The notes: generated by a model not told the origin, from the sequence alone. 64,000 nt of DNA from Solirubrobacterales bacterium (GCA_035502495.1 DATJUK010000141.1:22545-86544), one strand, 5' to 3'. Counted from the stretch's first letter, positions 42,125 to 51,184 are shown. A program made the numbers and translations.

Positions 42125-43089
42125 TGGCCCCCGGATCGGCCGTGCCACCGCCGGTGACGGCGGTCCTCGACGCCTCCCAGCGGTGGCTGCCGGCCCGGCT
42201 GGGCGAGGTCGAGGAGATGCTGCGGGCGTCGATCGAGGGTTGGGGCGGCCCGCTCGGCGAAGACGCCGGAGCGACCCTGGCCGCCGGCGGCAAGCGGTTG
42301 CGCCCGATGCTGGTGCTGCTCTGCGCGGGCGAGTCGGGAGGGACGGAGGCGGTGCGGGCGGCGACCGCGATCGAGCTCGTCCACATGGCGACCCTGGTCC
42401 ACGACGACGTGCTCGACGAGGCGCCGCTGCGGCGCGGGCTGCCGACCGTGGCGGCGACCTCGGGCCGGGCCCGGGCGCTGGCGACCGGCGACCTGCTGCT
42501 CTCGCGCGCCTTCTCCCTGCTGAGCGAGGCGGGTGACCGGCACGCGGTGCTGCTGCTCGCCGACGCCGCCGTGGCGCTGGCCCGCGGCGAGCTCGCCCAG
42601 CGCCAGGACGCCTTCGACCTCGGCATCGGCGAGGAGCGCTACCTCCACCGCTGCCGGTTGAAGACCGCGACGCTCTTCGAATGCGCGGTGTCGCTGGGGC
42701 GCGACGACCCCGAGCTGCGCCGCTTCGGCGCCGAGGTCGGCCTCGCCTTCCAGCTGCTCGACGACGTCCTCGACGTGACCGGCCCGCCGGAGCGGACCGG
42801 CAAGGCGCGGGGCACCGACCTGCTCGACGGCACCGTGACGCTGCCGCTGATCGTCGCCGCCGAGCGCGACCCGAGCCTGCGCACGATCGACCTGCCGGGC
42901 CTCGACCCGGAGGCCGCCGAGGAGGTCTGCGAACGGATCGCGGCGACCGGCGCGCTGGGGACGGTCAGGGCGCGGGCGCTCGAGCTGGTCGCCGCCGGCA
43001 AGCGCCGGCTGGCCGGCGCCGGGTTCGACGCCGAAGGCCGCAGGCTGCTGGAGCTCGTGGCTGACGGCGTGGTTCAGCGCTACAGCTGA
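42124..43089 (+). CDS. Polyprenyl diphosphate synthase (long-chain, HepT/IspB-like)
   Basis: GKRLRPMLVLL, first DDxxD (LVHDDVLDE), second DDxxD (QLLDDVLD), GKARGTDLLDG. The ATG overlaps the menG stop. Confidence 0.88.
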   Translation: MAPGSAVPPPVTAVLDASQRWLPARLGEVEEMLRASIEGWGGPLGEDAGATLAAGGKRLRPMLVLLCAGESGGTEAVRAATAIELVHMATLVHDDVLDEAPLRRGLPTVAATSGRARALATGDLLLSRAFSLLSEAGDRHAVLLLADAAVALARGELAQRQDAFDLGIGEERYLHRCRLKTATLFECAVSLGRDDPELRRFGAEVGLAFQLLDDVLDVTGPPERTGKARGTDLLDGTVTLPLIVAAERDPSLRTIDLPGLDPEAAEEVCERIAATGALGTVRARALELVAAGKRRLAGAGFDAEGRRLLELVADGVVQRYS

Positions 43090-43124
43090 TCCAGAGAGCC
43101 CCAACTCTCGTTACCATTGTGTAG

Positions 43125-43406
43125 ATGCTCGGAAATATCGGCCCCCTCGAGATCATCATCGTCCTCATCATCGCGCTGATCGTGTTCGGTCCCAAACGGC
43201 TGCCGGAGCTCGGCAACAGCCTCGGCAAAGGGATCCGCGAGTTCAAAGACTCGGTCACCGGCGAGCACCGGGACGACCAGGCGGTCGAAGATCCCGAGGT
43301 GAAGACGATCGGCACCCCGCAGGCCACCACCACGCCGGTCGAGCCGCCGACGACCCACCGGGTCGAAGCGGACCAGGCCGAGGTCGTCCACGACAAAAAC
43401 GGCTGA
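43125..43406 (+). CDS. tatA: Twin-arginine translocase TatA/E family protein
   Basis: MLGNIGPLEIIIVLIIALIVFGPKRLPELGNSLGKGIREFK. Confidence 0.9.
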   Translation: MLGNIGPLEIIIVLIIALIVFGPKRLPELGNSLGKGIREFKDSVTGEHRDDQAVEDPEVKTIGTPQATTTPVEPPTTHRVEADQAEVVHDKNG

Positions 43407-43412
43407 GCCATC

Positions 43413-44192
43413 GTGGCCCGTCGCCCGCGCCGAGTCCGGGCGGTCTCCCACGAAGACCAGCTGAGCCTGGTCGAGCACCTCGACGAGCTGCGCCACCGGC
43501 TGATCGTCTGCCTGGTCGTCTTCGCGGTCGCCCTGGCGCTCTGCTTCTGGCAGAACCACCTGCTGCTGGAAATCGCCCAGCACCCGCTGCCCAGCGGCCA
43601 CAAGAAGCTGACCACCTTCAGCGTCACCGAGCCGTTCACCACGACCTTGACCGTGAGCGCCTACGGGGCGGCGATCCTCTCGGCGCCGTTCATCCTCTGG
43701 GAGCTCTACGCCTACGTCCTGCCCGCCTTCAGCCCGTCCGAGAAGCGGGTGGTGCTGCCGATCCTGCTGCTCTTCCCGTTCCTCTTCATCGCCGGGATCG
43801 GGTTCGGCTACTTCGCCGTGATGCCCGCCGCCCTCCACTTCCTGCTCAACTTCAACGACGAACAGTTCAACATCCAGGTCCGGGCGGGCGATTACTACAG
43901 CTTCTTCTCGATGACGATGCTCGCTTGCGGGCTGGTCTTCCAGCTGCCGATGGCGATCCTGGCGATCACCCGGCTGGGGATCGTCTCGGTCGATCAGATC
44001 AGCAAGAACCGCCGCTACGCCTACCTGGTGATCGCGATCATCGCCGCGGCGCTGCCCGGGGTGGACCCGATTTCGATGCTGATCGAGATGGTCCCGCTGC
44101 TGGTTCTGTTCGAGTTGAGTATCTTGCTTGCTCGTTGGTTCGGCCGACCGAGCGAAGCGGCAGGCGCGGCCGAACCCTCCACGCAGGAGTGA
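43413..44192 (+). CDS. tatC: Twin-arginine translocase subunit TatC
   Basis: ..LSLVEHLDELRHRL.., six TM helices, ..FSVTEPF.., ..PFILWELYAYVLPA... Confidence 0.93.
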   Translation: MARRPRRVRAVSHEDQLSLVEHLDELRHRLIVCLVVFAVALALCFWQNHLLLEIAQHPLPSGHKKLTTFSVTEPFTTTLTVSAYGAAILSAPFILWELYAYVLPAFSPSEKRVVLPILLLFPFLFIAGIGFGYFAVMPAALHFLLNFNDEQFNIQVRAGDYYSFFSMTMLACGLVFQLPMAILAITRLGIVSVDQISKNRRYAYLVIAIIAAALPGVDPISMLIEMVPLLVLFELSILLARWFGRPSEAAGAAEPSTQE

Positions 44193-44201
44193 GAAGGGGC
44201 A

Positions 44202-45011
44202 ATGGCGCAGGGCAGCAACGAGCACAGGATGGTCTTCGACATCCGCGGCCGCAGGCGGTACGTGGTCAAAGTCGTCTACGCGATTCTCGCCGTCCTGATG
44301 GCCGCCAGCCTCTTCCTGGTCACCGGCGCGATCAACATCAACTCGATCCTGGGCACCGCCTCGAGCGGCGAAAGCGCCACCACGAGCCTCGAAAAGCAGG
44401 CCGAGCGGATCGAAGCCAAACTGGCGAAAGCGCCGGCGGACGAGGACATGCTGCTGAACCTGACCCGGACCCGGATCAACGTCGCCAACACGATGATCAC
44501 CAACGGCGCCAGCGGCCAGAGCGGCGCCGAAGAAGTCAAGCACCAGCTGGCGCTGGCGAGCGAAGACTGGTCGAGATACCTGAAGGCGGCGAAGGAACCG
44601 AGCCCGGGCCTGGCGATCCAGGCCTCGCCGGCGTTGTTCCAGCTGGCCGAACTCTCGACCACCGGCGAAGAGGCGCTGGAAAACGTCGCCGCCGCGACCG
44701 AAGCGCAGAAGATCGTCGCCGAAGCGCGTCCGAGCCTCAACAGCCTCAGCACGCTGGCGATCTATCAGCTGTTCGCGCAGGAATACAAGGCCGCCGAAAC
44801 CTCGCTCAAAGAAGCGACCAAATTCGCCGGCACCAAGTTCGAACGCGAATCGCTCGAAAACAAATTCGAAGAAGTCGAAAAAAACGCCAAAGAATTCGGC
44901 AAAGGTCTGAAAGCCGAAAAAGCGGCGGCGAAGAGCAGCAAGTCGTCGGGCAAAGAAGCGCTGGAAAACCCGCTTAACAGCCTCGGCGGCTCCTCGCTCG
45001 GCGGCGAATAG
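44202..45011 (+). CDS. Membrane-anchored, largely helical exported protein of unknown function
   Basis: Single TM VVKVVYAILAVLMAASLFLV, then an Ala/Glu/Lys-rich domain. Lies 10 nt after tatC. Clear coding periodicity. Confidence 0.7.
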   Translation: MAQGSNEHRMVFDIRGRRRYVVKVVYAILAVLMAASLFLVTGAININSILGTASSGESATTSLEKQAERIEAKLAKAPADEDMLLNLTRTRINVANTMITNGASGQSGAEEVKHQLALASEDWSRYLKAAKEPSPGLAIQASPALFQLAELSTTGEEALENVAAATEAQKIVAEARPSLNSLSTLAIYQLFAQEYKAAETSLKEATKFAGTKFERESLENKFEEVEKNAKEFGKGLKAEKAAAKSSKSSGKEALENPLNSLGGSSLGGE

Positions 45012-45072
45012 CCCTACCCAACATAAGTCCAGAGCCCTACTAAGAAGTTAGTATCGCTCTCGACCAGGGAAG

Positions 45073-45348
45073 TTGGGGGGCATGGAAGAAGGAGCACGCG
45101 ACGTGCGCCTCGTCGCCAGCCCAGGCGACGAGCCTCTCCCCGCCGAAGGTCCCCGCGACCCGGGGCTCACCGCCGCGGACCTCGACGTGGCCCGCGAGCT
45201 GGCCGAGTTCCACCGCCTGCTCGCCGCCGACCTGGCGCCGCGCTCGCAGCTGCGCGGCCTGGTCCTCCGCTGTGCCGGCCACTGGTCGCGACTCGGCGCG
45301 ATCCCCCGCAACGGCCTCGCCGAGGTCGAACGCCGCGACCGCGGCTGA
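45073..45348 (+). CDS. Hypothetical small protein (91 aa)
   Basis: High GC3 in this frame only. No recognisable motif. Confidence 0.4.
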   Translation: MGGMEEGARDVRLVASPGDEPLPAEGPRDPGLTAADLDVARELAEFHRLLAADLAPRSQLRGLVLRCAGHWSRLGAIPRNGLAEVERRDRG

Positions 45349-45367
45349 CCAGGCCGGGTCTCCAGAG

Positions 45368-45440
45368 TGGGCCGTGTAGGGCTCGAACCTACGACCTTGA
45401 GATTAAGAGTCTCCTGCTCTACCAACTGAGCTAACGGCCC
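45368..45440 (-). tRNA. tRNA-Lys (anticodon CTT)
   Basis: Minus strand GGGCCGTTAGCTCAGTTGGTAGAGCAGGAGACTCTTAATCTCAAGGTCGTAGGTTCGAGCCCTACACGGCCCA. Acceptor GGGCCGT/ACGGCCC, anticodon loop CTCTTAA. Confidence 0.93.
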
Positions 45441-45503
45441 GAACGGCGGATTATAGGAAGCCGGGGCGGGCCGGCGCCCGGCCCTCCGCGCGCCGGGACC
45501 GAC

Positions 45504-46286
45504 TCAGCGCTGGGCGCAGTACTTTTCGAGCCCGACGCCTTCGATCGTCAGGCCGTTGGAGAAGGTGAAGGCGCCGTGGCTGCGCAGGATGTGGTCGCTG
45601 CAGCGGGCGGCGACGTAGCTGCGCTGCTTGCCGCCGGCGGTGTAGCGGCGGCCGACCTTGATGCTGATCTTGGTGATCGCGCCGAGCCCGCCCGCCAGCG
45701 GCGGGATGTTCGCCACCGCCCGGTAGCGGAATTCCCCGCGGCGCTTTTCGATCGGCACGGTGAAGGCGTAGGTCTGGGTCGCCGGCACCGTGGTGCGGGC
45801 GTGGACGATCACGGTCGGCTTGCCTCCCAGGCGCGGGCCGTTGAAGAGGGTCAGCGGCGAGCCGGTCGGGACCAGGTTGCCGGAGACCGGGAGGGCGACC
45901 AGGGCTTCGACCTTGCCGGTGCCGACGATCGCGCCCTTGCAGATCCGCCGCGCTTCTTCGACGCTCACTTCGTCGATCGAGGCCGGCGCGCAGGTCGGCA
46001 GCCCGGCGACGTCGAGGCGGCCGTCGCGGTCGAAGTCGAGGACCACCTGCTGCAGGGCCGGCGGCTGCCCGCCGCCCGGTTTGGAGACGTCGAGAAAGCC
46101 GGAGAACTGGACCGGGGCGAAGCTCTTCACCGGCAGGTCACGGGGCTGGAAGGCGGCGTTGACTTCGATCCGCACTTCGCGCGTTTCGACCATCGCCGTG
46201 GCCCCGGCGACGGCGGCGCATAGCGCGCAGGCGAGGAGGAGGATCGCGAGGACGGGGAGGAGCCGCTTCAGCTTTCGAAGTGGCAT
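45504..46286 (-). CDS. P-family member P1: exported 4-Cys protein (possible lipobox LLAC)
   Basis: MPLRKLKRLLPVLAILLLACALCAAVAG.. signal. Motifs GLPTC..EEARRIC.GAIVGTG, LFNGP, HA, IPPLAGGLG, SYVAARC and the terminal C. The start overlaps the end of P2 by 19 nt. Confidence 0.75.
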   Translation of the reverse strand: MPLRKLKRLLPVLAILLLACALCAAVAGATAMVETREVRIEVNAAFQPRDLPVKSFAPVQFSGFLDVSKPGGGQPPALQQVVLDFDRDGRLDVAGLPTCAPASIDEVSVEEARRICKGAIVGTGKVEALVALPVSGNLVPTGSPLTLFNGPRLGGKPTVIVHARTTVPATQTYAFTVPIEKRRGEFRYRAVANIPPLAGGLGAITKISIKVGRRYTAGGKQRSYVAARCSDHILRSHGAFTFSNGLTIEGVGLEKYCAQR

Positions 46287-47068
46287 GGCGAGGTGAGCAG
46301 CGACTGCAGGAAGCTGCCGTCGGTGAAGATGAGTTCGCCGTGGACCTGGAGTCGGCCGCCGGAGCATTCGGCTTCGGCGTACCCGACCTTGCGGCCGTGG
46401 CGCTTATAGGTGCGACCGAACTGCGCTTCGGCGAGGATCGCCGAGCCGTCGCCGCCGGCGATCGGCGGCAGTTCCAGTTCGGCCCGGTAGCCGTAGCGGC
46501 CGTGGCTGATCTTTTCGACCGTGAACGGGACCAACAGCGCCTGCGGCGAGGGCACGGTCTCGTAGGCGTGGGCGATCAGGGCCGGTTTGCCGCCTTCCGG
46601 GGGCGCGTTGAAGATCGAGATCGGCGAGGTCATCACGAAGGGTGGCTTGCCGGGGAGGTCGACGCGGGCTTTGCCGACGCCGGTGCCGAGCAGCGCCGCG
46701 CCGCAGCGCTTGCGCGCTTCGTCGGGGGTGGTGCCTTCCAGCTTTGCCACCGTGCAGGTCGGCAGGCCCTTGAAGTTCAGCTTGCCGTGCTTGTCGAATT
46801 CGAAGATCAGCGTCTTCAGCGCCGGCGGCCGTTCCCCGTTCACGGTCTTGATCCGGACGATGCTGCCGAAGCTGGCCGGCAGGGTGCCGTGCTGGGGGAA
46901 CGCCCGCGGCTGGAATTCGGCGGTGGCGCTGACCTTCAGGTTGCCGATCTGGGTGGTGACCGCGTAGGCGACCGCACCGCCGACCAGGCTCACGACGAGC
47001 AGGAGGGTCGCGACCGTCCCGACCCGCCTGCCGCGTGAGCCGCGGCGCCTCAATTCTTCCCCGTGCAC
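46268..47068 (-). CDS. P-family member P2: exported 4-Cys protein
   Basis: TM ..VATLLLVVSLVGGAVAYA. GLPTC..DEARKRCGAALLGTG, IFNAP, AHAY, LPPIAGGDG, GYAEAEC and the terminal C. GTG 47068 was chosen because the junction mirrors the P2/P1 junction. TTG 47053 is an alternative. Confidence 0.72.
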   Translation of the reverse strand: MHGEELRRRGSRGRRVGTVATLLLVVSLVGGAVAYAVTTQIGNLKVSATAEFQPRAFPQHGTLPASFGSIVRIKTVNGERPPALKTLIFEFDKHGKLNFKGLPTCTVAKLEGTTPDEARKRCGAALLGTGVGKARVDLPGKPPFVMTSPISIFNAPPEGGKPALIAHAYETVPSPQALLVPFTVEKISHGRYGYRAELELPPIAGGDGSAILAEAQFGRTYKRHGRKVGYAEAECSGGRLQVHGELIFTDGSFLQSLLTSPCHFES

Positions 47069-47817
47069 TGTTTGAGGATCAGCCCGCTCAGTTTGGTCGA
47101 GTCGGTGAATTCGGTTTCGATTTTCGCCTGCAGCTTGCCGCTGGGGCAGCTGGCGTTGACGTAGCTCAGCCGCTGACCCTTGAAGGTCCATTTTTTGCCG
47201 ATCGTCAGGCTGCCTTCGAGCGGGATCCCGGCGCCGCCGGCGATCTTCGGGATCGTCGCTTCGGTGCGGAAGCCGAAGGGCCCGTTGCGCACCCTCTGGA
47301 TTTCGACCGGGACGATGTAGGTGGTCGGCGCGGGCACGCTCAGGTAGGCGTGGGCGAGCACCGTCGGGTTGCCGTTGTGGGGCGGCGCGTTGAAGATCGT
47401 GATCGGCGAGCTCGCCCTGAACGGCCGCTGTTCGGGGAAGGCGATGACCGCGGTGCCGTGACCCTCGCCGACGATCGAGCCGCCGCAGACTTTGCGCGCC
47501 TGCTGCGAGGTGGTCGCCGCCAGCTTCGCTTTGGTGCAGTAGGGCAGGCCCTTGGTGATGACTTCGCCGTGTTTGTCGTACCAGACGGTGAGCTTGTGCA
47601 GGATCGGCGGCAGCGAGCCGTCGGTGGTCCCGATGCTGCCTTCACCGTGGATCGTGATCGGCGCGAATTCGTGCTTCGGCAGCGTCGTCGGCGAGAAGCC
47701 GCCTTCGCCCACCACTTCGATCGGCCCCGCGCGCAGCACGATCGCCAAGGCCGCACCGCTCATCGTCAGCAGTGCGACGGCGGTCAAGATGACCATCCTT
47801 AACACGTTCTTCCGCAT
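47050..47817 (-). CDS. P-family member P3: exported 4-Cys protein
   Basis: MRKNVLRMVILTAVALLTMSGAALA signal. GLPYC..QQARKVCGGSIVGEG, IFNAP, AHAY, IPKIAGGAG, SYVNASC and the terminal C. Confidence 0.78.
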   Translation of the reverse strand: MRKNVLRMVILTAVALLTMSGAALAIVLRAGPIEVVGEGGFSPTTLPKHEFAPITIHGEGSIGTTDGSLPPILHKLTVWYDKHGEVITKGLPYCTKAKLAATTSQQARKVCGGSIVGEGHGTAVIAFPEQRPFRASSPITIFNAPPHNGNPTVLAHAYLSVPAPTTYIVPVEIQRVRNGPFGFRTEATIPKIAGGAGIPLEGSLTIGKKWTFKGQRLSYVNASCPSGKLQAKIETEFTDSTKLSGLILKQCTGKN

Positions 47818-47859
47818 AGGTTCGCTCCTCCCGTAGCCCCGAGCGGCAAACTACCACGG

Positions 47860-50800
47860 GTGGGAAGGAGTAGGAGCAGGGGAGGGGACCGGCCTCGGGA
47901 TTCGGCGACCGCGCGACGGCAGCCTTGGCTGCTGCGGCATCCGCGCGAGATCCTGCTGATCGCCGGGATCGTCCTGGCGGCGCTGGCCGTGATCGGCACC
48001 GGGGTCGACAAGCGCCTCGACCCGACCACGCTCGCCGTGCCCGGCAGCTCGGCGACGGAAGCGAACCAGCTGCTGGAAGAACACTTCGGGCCCTCGGCGC
48101 CGTTCGCGATCCTGCTGCAGGGGCCCGCCGCGGCGCTGGACGAACAGGGCCCGGGCCTGGTCGAAGCGTTGCGCGACGAACCGGGGGTCACGACGATCTC
48201 ACCCTGGGACAAGGGCACGGTCGAAGGCCTGCGACCGCATCCCGGAGACGCGCTGATCCTCGCCGACTTCCACGTCGGCACCAAAACGGCGGTCAACCAG
48301 ACCGTCCCCCACGTCGAACAACTTCTGCAAGAACACGTGAGCGCGCCGGTGACCGCGACGCAGACCGGGTACGCGACGCTGTCGCGGGCGCTGCAGGAGG
48401 AAACCATCGACTCCGCCGAGCACGACGAGCTGATCGCGCTGCCGATCCTGCTGGTCGTCCTCCTGCTCGTCTTCCGCTCGCCGATCGCCGCGGTGATCCC
48501 GCTCGGCTTCGGCGCGATCACCGTGCTCTCCTCGCGCGGGATCCTCTACTTCCTCACCTCCTGGTTCTCGATCGACGCCTTCGCGCTGACCGTCTGCACG
48601 ATGATCGGGCTGGCGCTGGGGGTGGACTACGCCCTCTTGATGGTCTCGCGCTTCCGCGAGGAGCTGGCCGACGGGGCGGAGCCGATCGAAGCGGCGCGGA
48701 GGACGCGCAAGCACGCCGGGCGCACGGTCGCCTTCGCCGGCTCGACCCTCCTGGTCTCGATGCTGGTCTCGCTGCTGATCCTGCCCGGGTCGCTGCTGAT
48801 CTCGCTGGCGGGGACGGTGGCGATGGTCGTCGTCCTCTCGGTGACCGTGGCGACGCTGGTCGGCCCGGCGGTCCTGACCCTGGCGGGAACCAACGTGAAC
48901 CGCTGGCGGATCGGCAAGGCGGCCAGCGCCGACCGCTCCGCGGTGATGGCGTTCGTCAACGCGGCGCTGCGCCGACCGCTGGTCGCGGCGCTGGTGATCG
49001 GCGGCGTGCTGCTGGCGCTGGCGGCGCCGGCGATCGGGCTGAAGCTGGGGCCGCCGAGCCCCGAACAGCTCTCCAAGGACTCGCCCACGCGCCAGAACCA
49101 GGAACTGATCGACGACACGATCGGGCCGGGCTGGGACGCGCCGTTCCAGGTGGTCGCCGTCAACCCCACCGGGCCGGTCACCGACCCGGGCAGCATGGCG
49201 GCGCTGGAACGGTTCCAGCGCCGGATCGCCTCGTTCGGCGGCGTCAAAGTCGTGATCGGCCCGACCGCGGCGACCAAGCGGGTCGAGCCGCTGCAGGAAC
49301 TCGGCAACGCGGCGCTCTCGTCGAAGGGGAACATCGGCCCGGTCAAGGAACTCGGGCACCTGGGCAAGGAACTGAACGTGGCGGCCGGCGGGGTGGGGGC
49401 GCTGCGGGCCGGGATCGGCGAAGCAAGCGACGGCGCCGGGCTGCTGGCGCAGGGCTCCGAACACGCGACCGAAGGCGCGCAGCTGCTCGCCCACGGGTTG
49501 GAGCGGGCGGCGGGCGGCAGCCGGCGGGCGATCGACGCCCTCGAACGGTTCGCGAAAGGCTCGGAAAAGCTGGTCGAATTCCAGCTGGAAGCCGCGATCG
49601 GCACGCAACAGATCCGCGCCGCGACGGAGACCTTCGTCGGCCCGACCCTCCGCTACAACGGCCTCCAGACCCAGCGCAACCTGGTCCGCCGGCTGCTCGC
49701 CGAGGCGAACGAAACGCTGCCCAGGTTGCTGAAGCCGGCCCAGGAGACGGTGGAAAAGCTGCAGGCGGCGGAAGCGAGGCTGAAGGAAGCGACGGCCGGC
49801 GATCCGGCTGCCGCGGCGGCGCTGGAAGAGGTGCAGGCGGCGCTGACCGCGATGACCGGCACCGACCCGGCGACCGGCGCGCACTACGAAGAAGGCTACG
49901 CGGGGCTGGTCGGCGAAATCGAAGCGCTCGAGCGGCGGCTCGGCCACGACGGCGCCGAAGCCCACAAAGTCGCCACCTTCATCCACTCGACGATCACCGA
50001 AATGCACCGGGTCTCAAACGAAATGGGCCGCCTGATCTCGGGCCTCTACAAAATGCACAAAGCGACCAACACGCTCGCCCACGGGGCCCGCAAGCTGGCC
50101 AACGCGGCGGGCACGCTGGGCAAAGGGATCGAACGGCTGAGCGGCGGCGCCGACTCGCTGGCCAGCGGGCTCGCCCGCCTGGTCGGCGGCGCCGAATCGC
50201 TGGAACAGAATCTCGCCGAGGGCGTGACGAAGTCCGAACCGCTGGAAACCGGGCTGGAAGAAGCCAGCGTCCAGGTGCTGGAAGGCAAGTCGAAGATCCA
50301 CCGCCAGGCCGCGAAGGTGCAGGAGCAGTCGCCAGGCCTCTTCAACTCGGGGTACTTCGTGCTCTCGGCCCTCGACGGTGCGCCCCCCGGGACGCGCGAA
50401 AAGATCGGTCAGACGATCAACGTGGAAAAAGGTGGGCAGGCGGCCGCGGTCCTGGTGATCTCGAAGTACGAATTCAACTCGCCCGGCTCGATCGCGCTGA
50501 ACCGGCGGCTCGCGGGGGCGGCGACGGAACTGGGCCAGGACGCGAGCCTCGAGACCGGGGTCGCGGGCGGCGCCGCGCAGCTGAACGACTACAGCCACAT
50601 CACCCGCGAACGGATCCCCTGGATCATCGCGATCATCACCCTGGTCACCTTCCTGGTGCTGGTCGTGGTCCTGCGAGCGCTGCCGCTGGCGGCGATCGCG
50701 GTGGGGCTGAACCTGCTCACCGTCGGCGTCGCCTTCGGCATCCTCACGATCCTCTTCCACGTGCCGAAGGACTGGCCGTTGGGCGGCCACGACTACGTCG

Positions 50801-51174
50801 ACGCGGTCGGCTCCTGCATGATCTTCGCCCTCGTCTTCGGGCTCTCGATCGACTACGCGGTCTTCCTCCTGACGCGGATGCGGGAGCGCTACGAGGCGGG
50901 CGACGACAACGCCACCGCGGTGCGCTTCGCGCTGGACAAGACGGCGCGGGTGATCACCGGCGCGGCGGCGATCATGCTGGCCGTCTTCATCGCCTTCGCC
51001 GGGGCGCCGATCGCGACCGTGAGCCAACTCGGGGTCGGCCTCACCGTCGCGGTGGTGCTCGACGCCACCGTGGTGCGGATCGTCCTGCTGCCCGCCCTGA
51101 TGCTCCTGCTCGGCGACCGCGTCTGGTGGCTGCCGCGCCCGCTCCAGCGGGTGCTGCCGCGGTTCGAGGTATGA
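47860..51174 (+). CDS. MMPL-family (RND superfamily) transporter with a very large second ectodomain carrying helical Ala/Gly/Leu-rich repeats
   Basis: Two 6-TM bundles (..GLALGVDYALLMVSRFREE.. and ..GLSIDYAVFLLTRMRE..). First ectodomain is about residues 50-190 and the second about 395-918 by my count. The second includes YhgE/Pip-like repeats (..GAQLLAHGLERAAGG.., ..LSGGADSLASGLARLVGGAESLEQNL..). Confidence 0.92.
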   Translation: MGRSRSRGGDRPRDSATARRQPWLLRHPREILLIAGIVLAALAVIGTGVDKRLDPTTLAVPGSSATEANQLLEEHFGPSAPFAILLQGPAAALDEQGPGLVEALRDEPGVTTISPWDKGTVEGLRPHPGDALILADFHVGTKTAVNQTVPHVEQLLQEHVSAPVTATQTGYATLSRALQEETIDSAEHDELIALPILLVVLLLVFRSPIAAVIPLGFGAITVLSSRGILYFLTSWFSIDAFALTVCTMIGLALGVDYALLMVSRFREELADGAEPIEAARRTRKHAGRTVAFAGSTLLVSMLVSLLILPGSLLISLAGTVAMVVVLSVTVATLVGPAVLTLAGTNVNRWRIGKAASADRSAVMAFVNAALRRPLVAALVIGGVLLALAAPAIGLKLGPPSPEQLSKDSPTRQNQELIDDTIGPGWDAPFQVVAVNPTGPVTDPGSMAALERFQRRIASFGGVKVVIGPTAATKRVEPLQELGNAALSSKGNIGPVKELGHLGKELNVAAGGVGALRAGIGEASDGAGLLAQGSEHATEGAQLLAHGLERAAGGSRRAIDALERFAKGSEKLVEFQLEAAIGTQQIRAATETFVGPTLRYNGLQTQRNLVRRLLAEANETLPRLLKPAQETVEKLQAAEARLKEATAGDPAAAAALEEVQAALTAMTGTDPATGAHYEEGYAGLVGEIEALERRLGHDGAEAHKVATFIHSTITEMHRVSNEMGRLISGLYKMHKATNTLAHGARKLANAAGTLGKGIERLSGGADSLASGLARLVGGAESLEQNLAEGVTKSEPLETGLEEASVQVLEGKSKIHRQAAKVQEQSPGLFNSGYFVLSALDGAPPGTREKIGQTINVEKGGQAAAVLVISKYEFNSPGSIALNRRLAGAATELGQDASLETGVAGGAAQLNDYSHITRERIPWIIAIITLVTFLVLVVVLRALPLAAIAVGLNLLTVGVAFGILTILFHVPKDWPLGGHDYVDAVGSCMIFALVFGLSIDYAVFLLTRMRERYEAGDDNATAVRFALDKTARVITGAAAIMLAVFIAFAGAPIATVSQLGVGLTVAVVLDATVVRIVLLPALMLLLGDRVWWLPRPLQRVLPRFEV

Positions 51175-51184
51175 GGGCCTGGAG

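Noticed and set aside
50752-50772. parS half-site (TTCCACGTGCCG) inside the MMPL gene, and other CACGTG palindromes (for example near 3105, 15782, 33806, 48316, 54343, 57913, 58556).
   Set aside because: Only one half, or only the central hexamer, matches the parS consensus. CACGTG is expected by chance in this composition.
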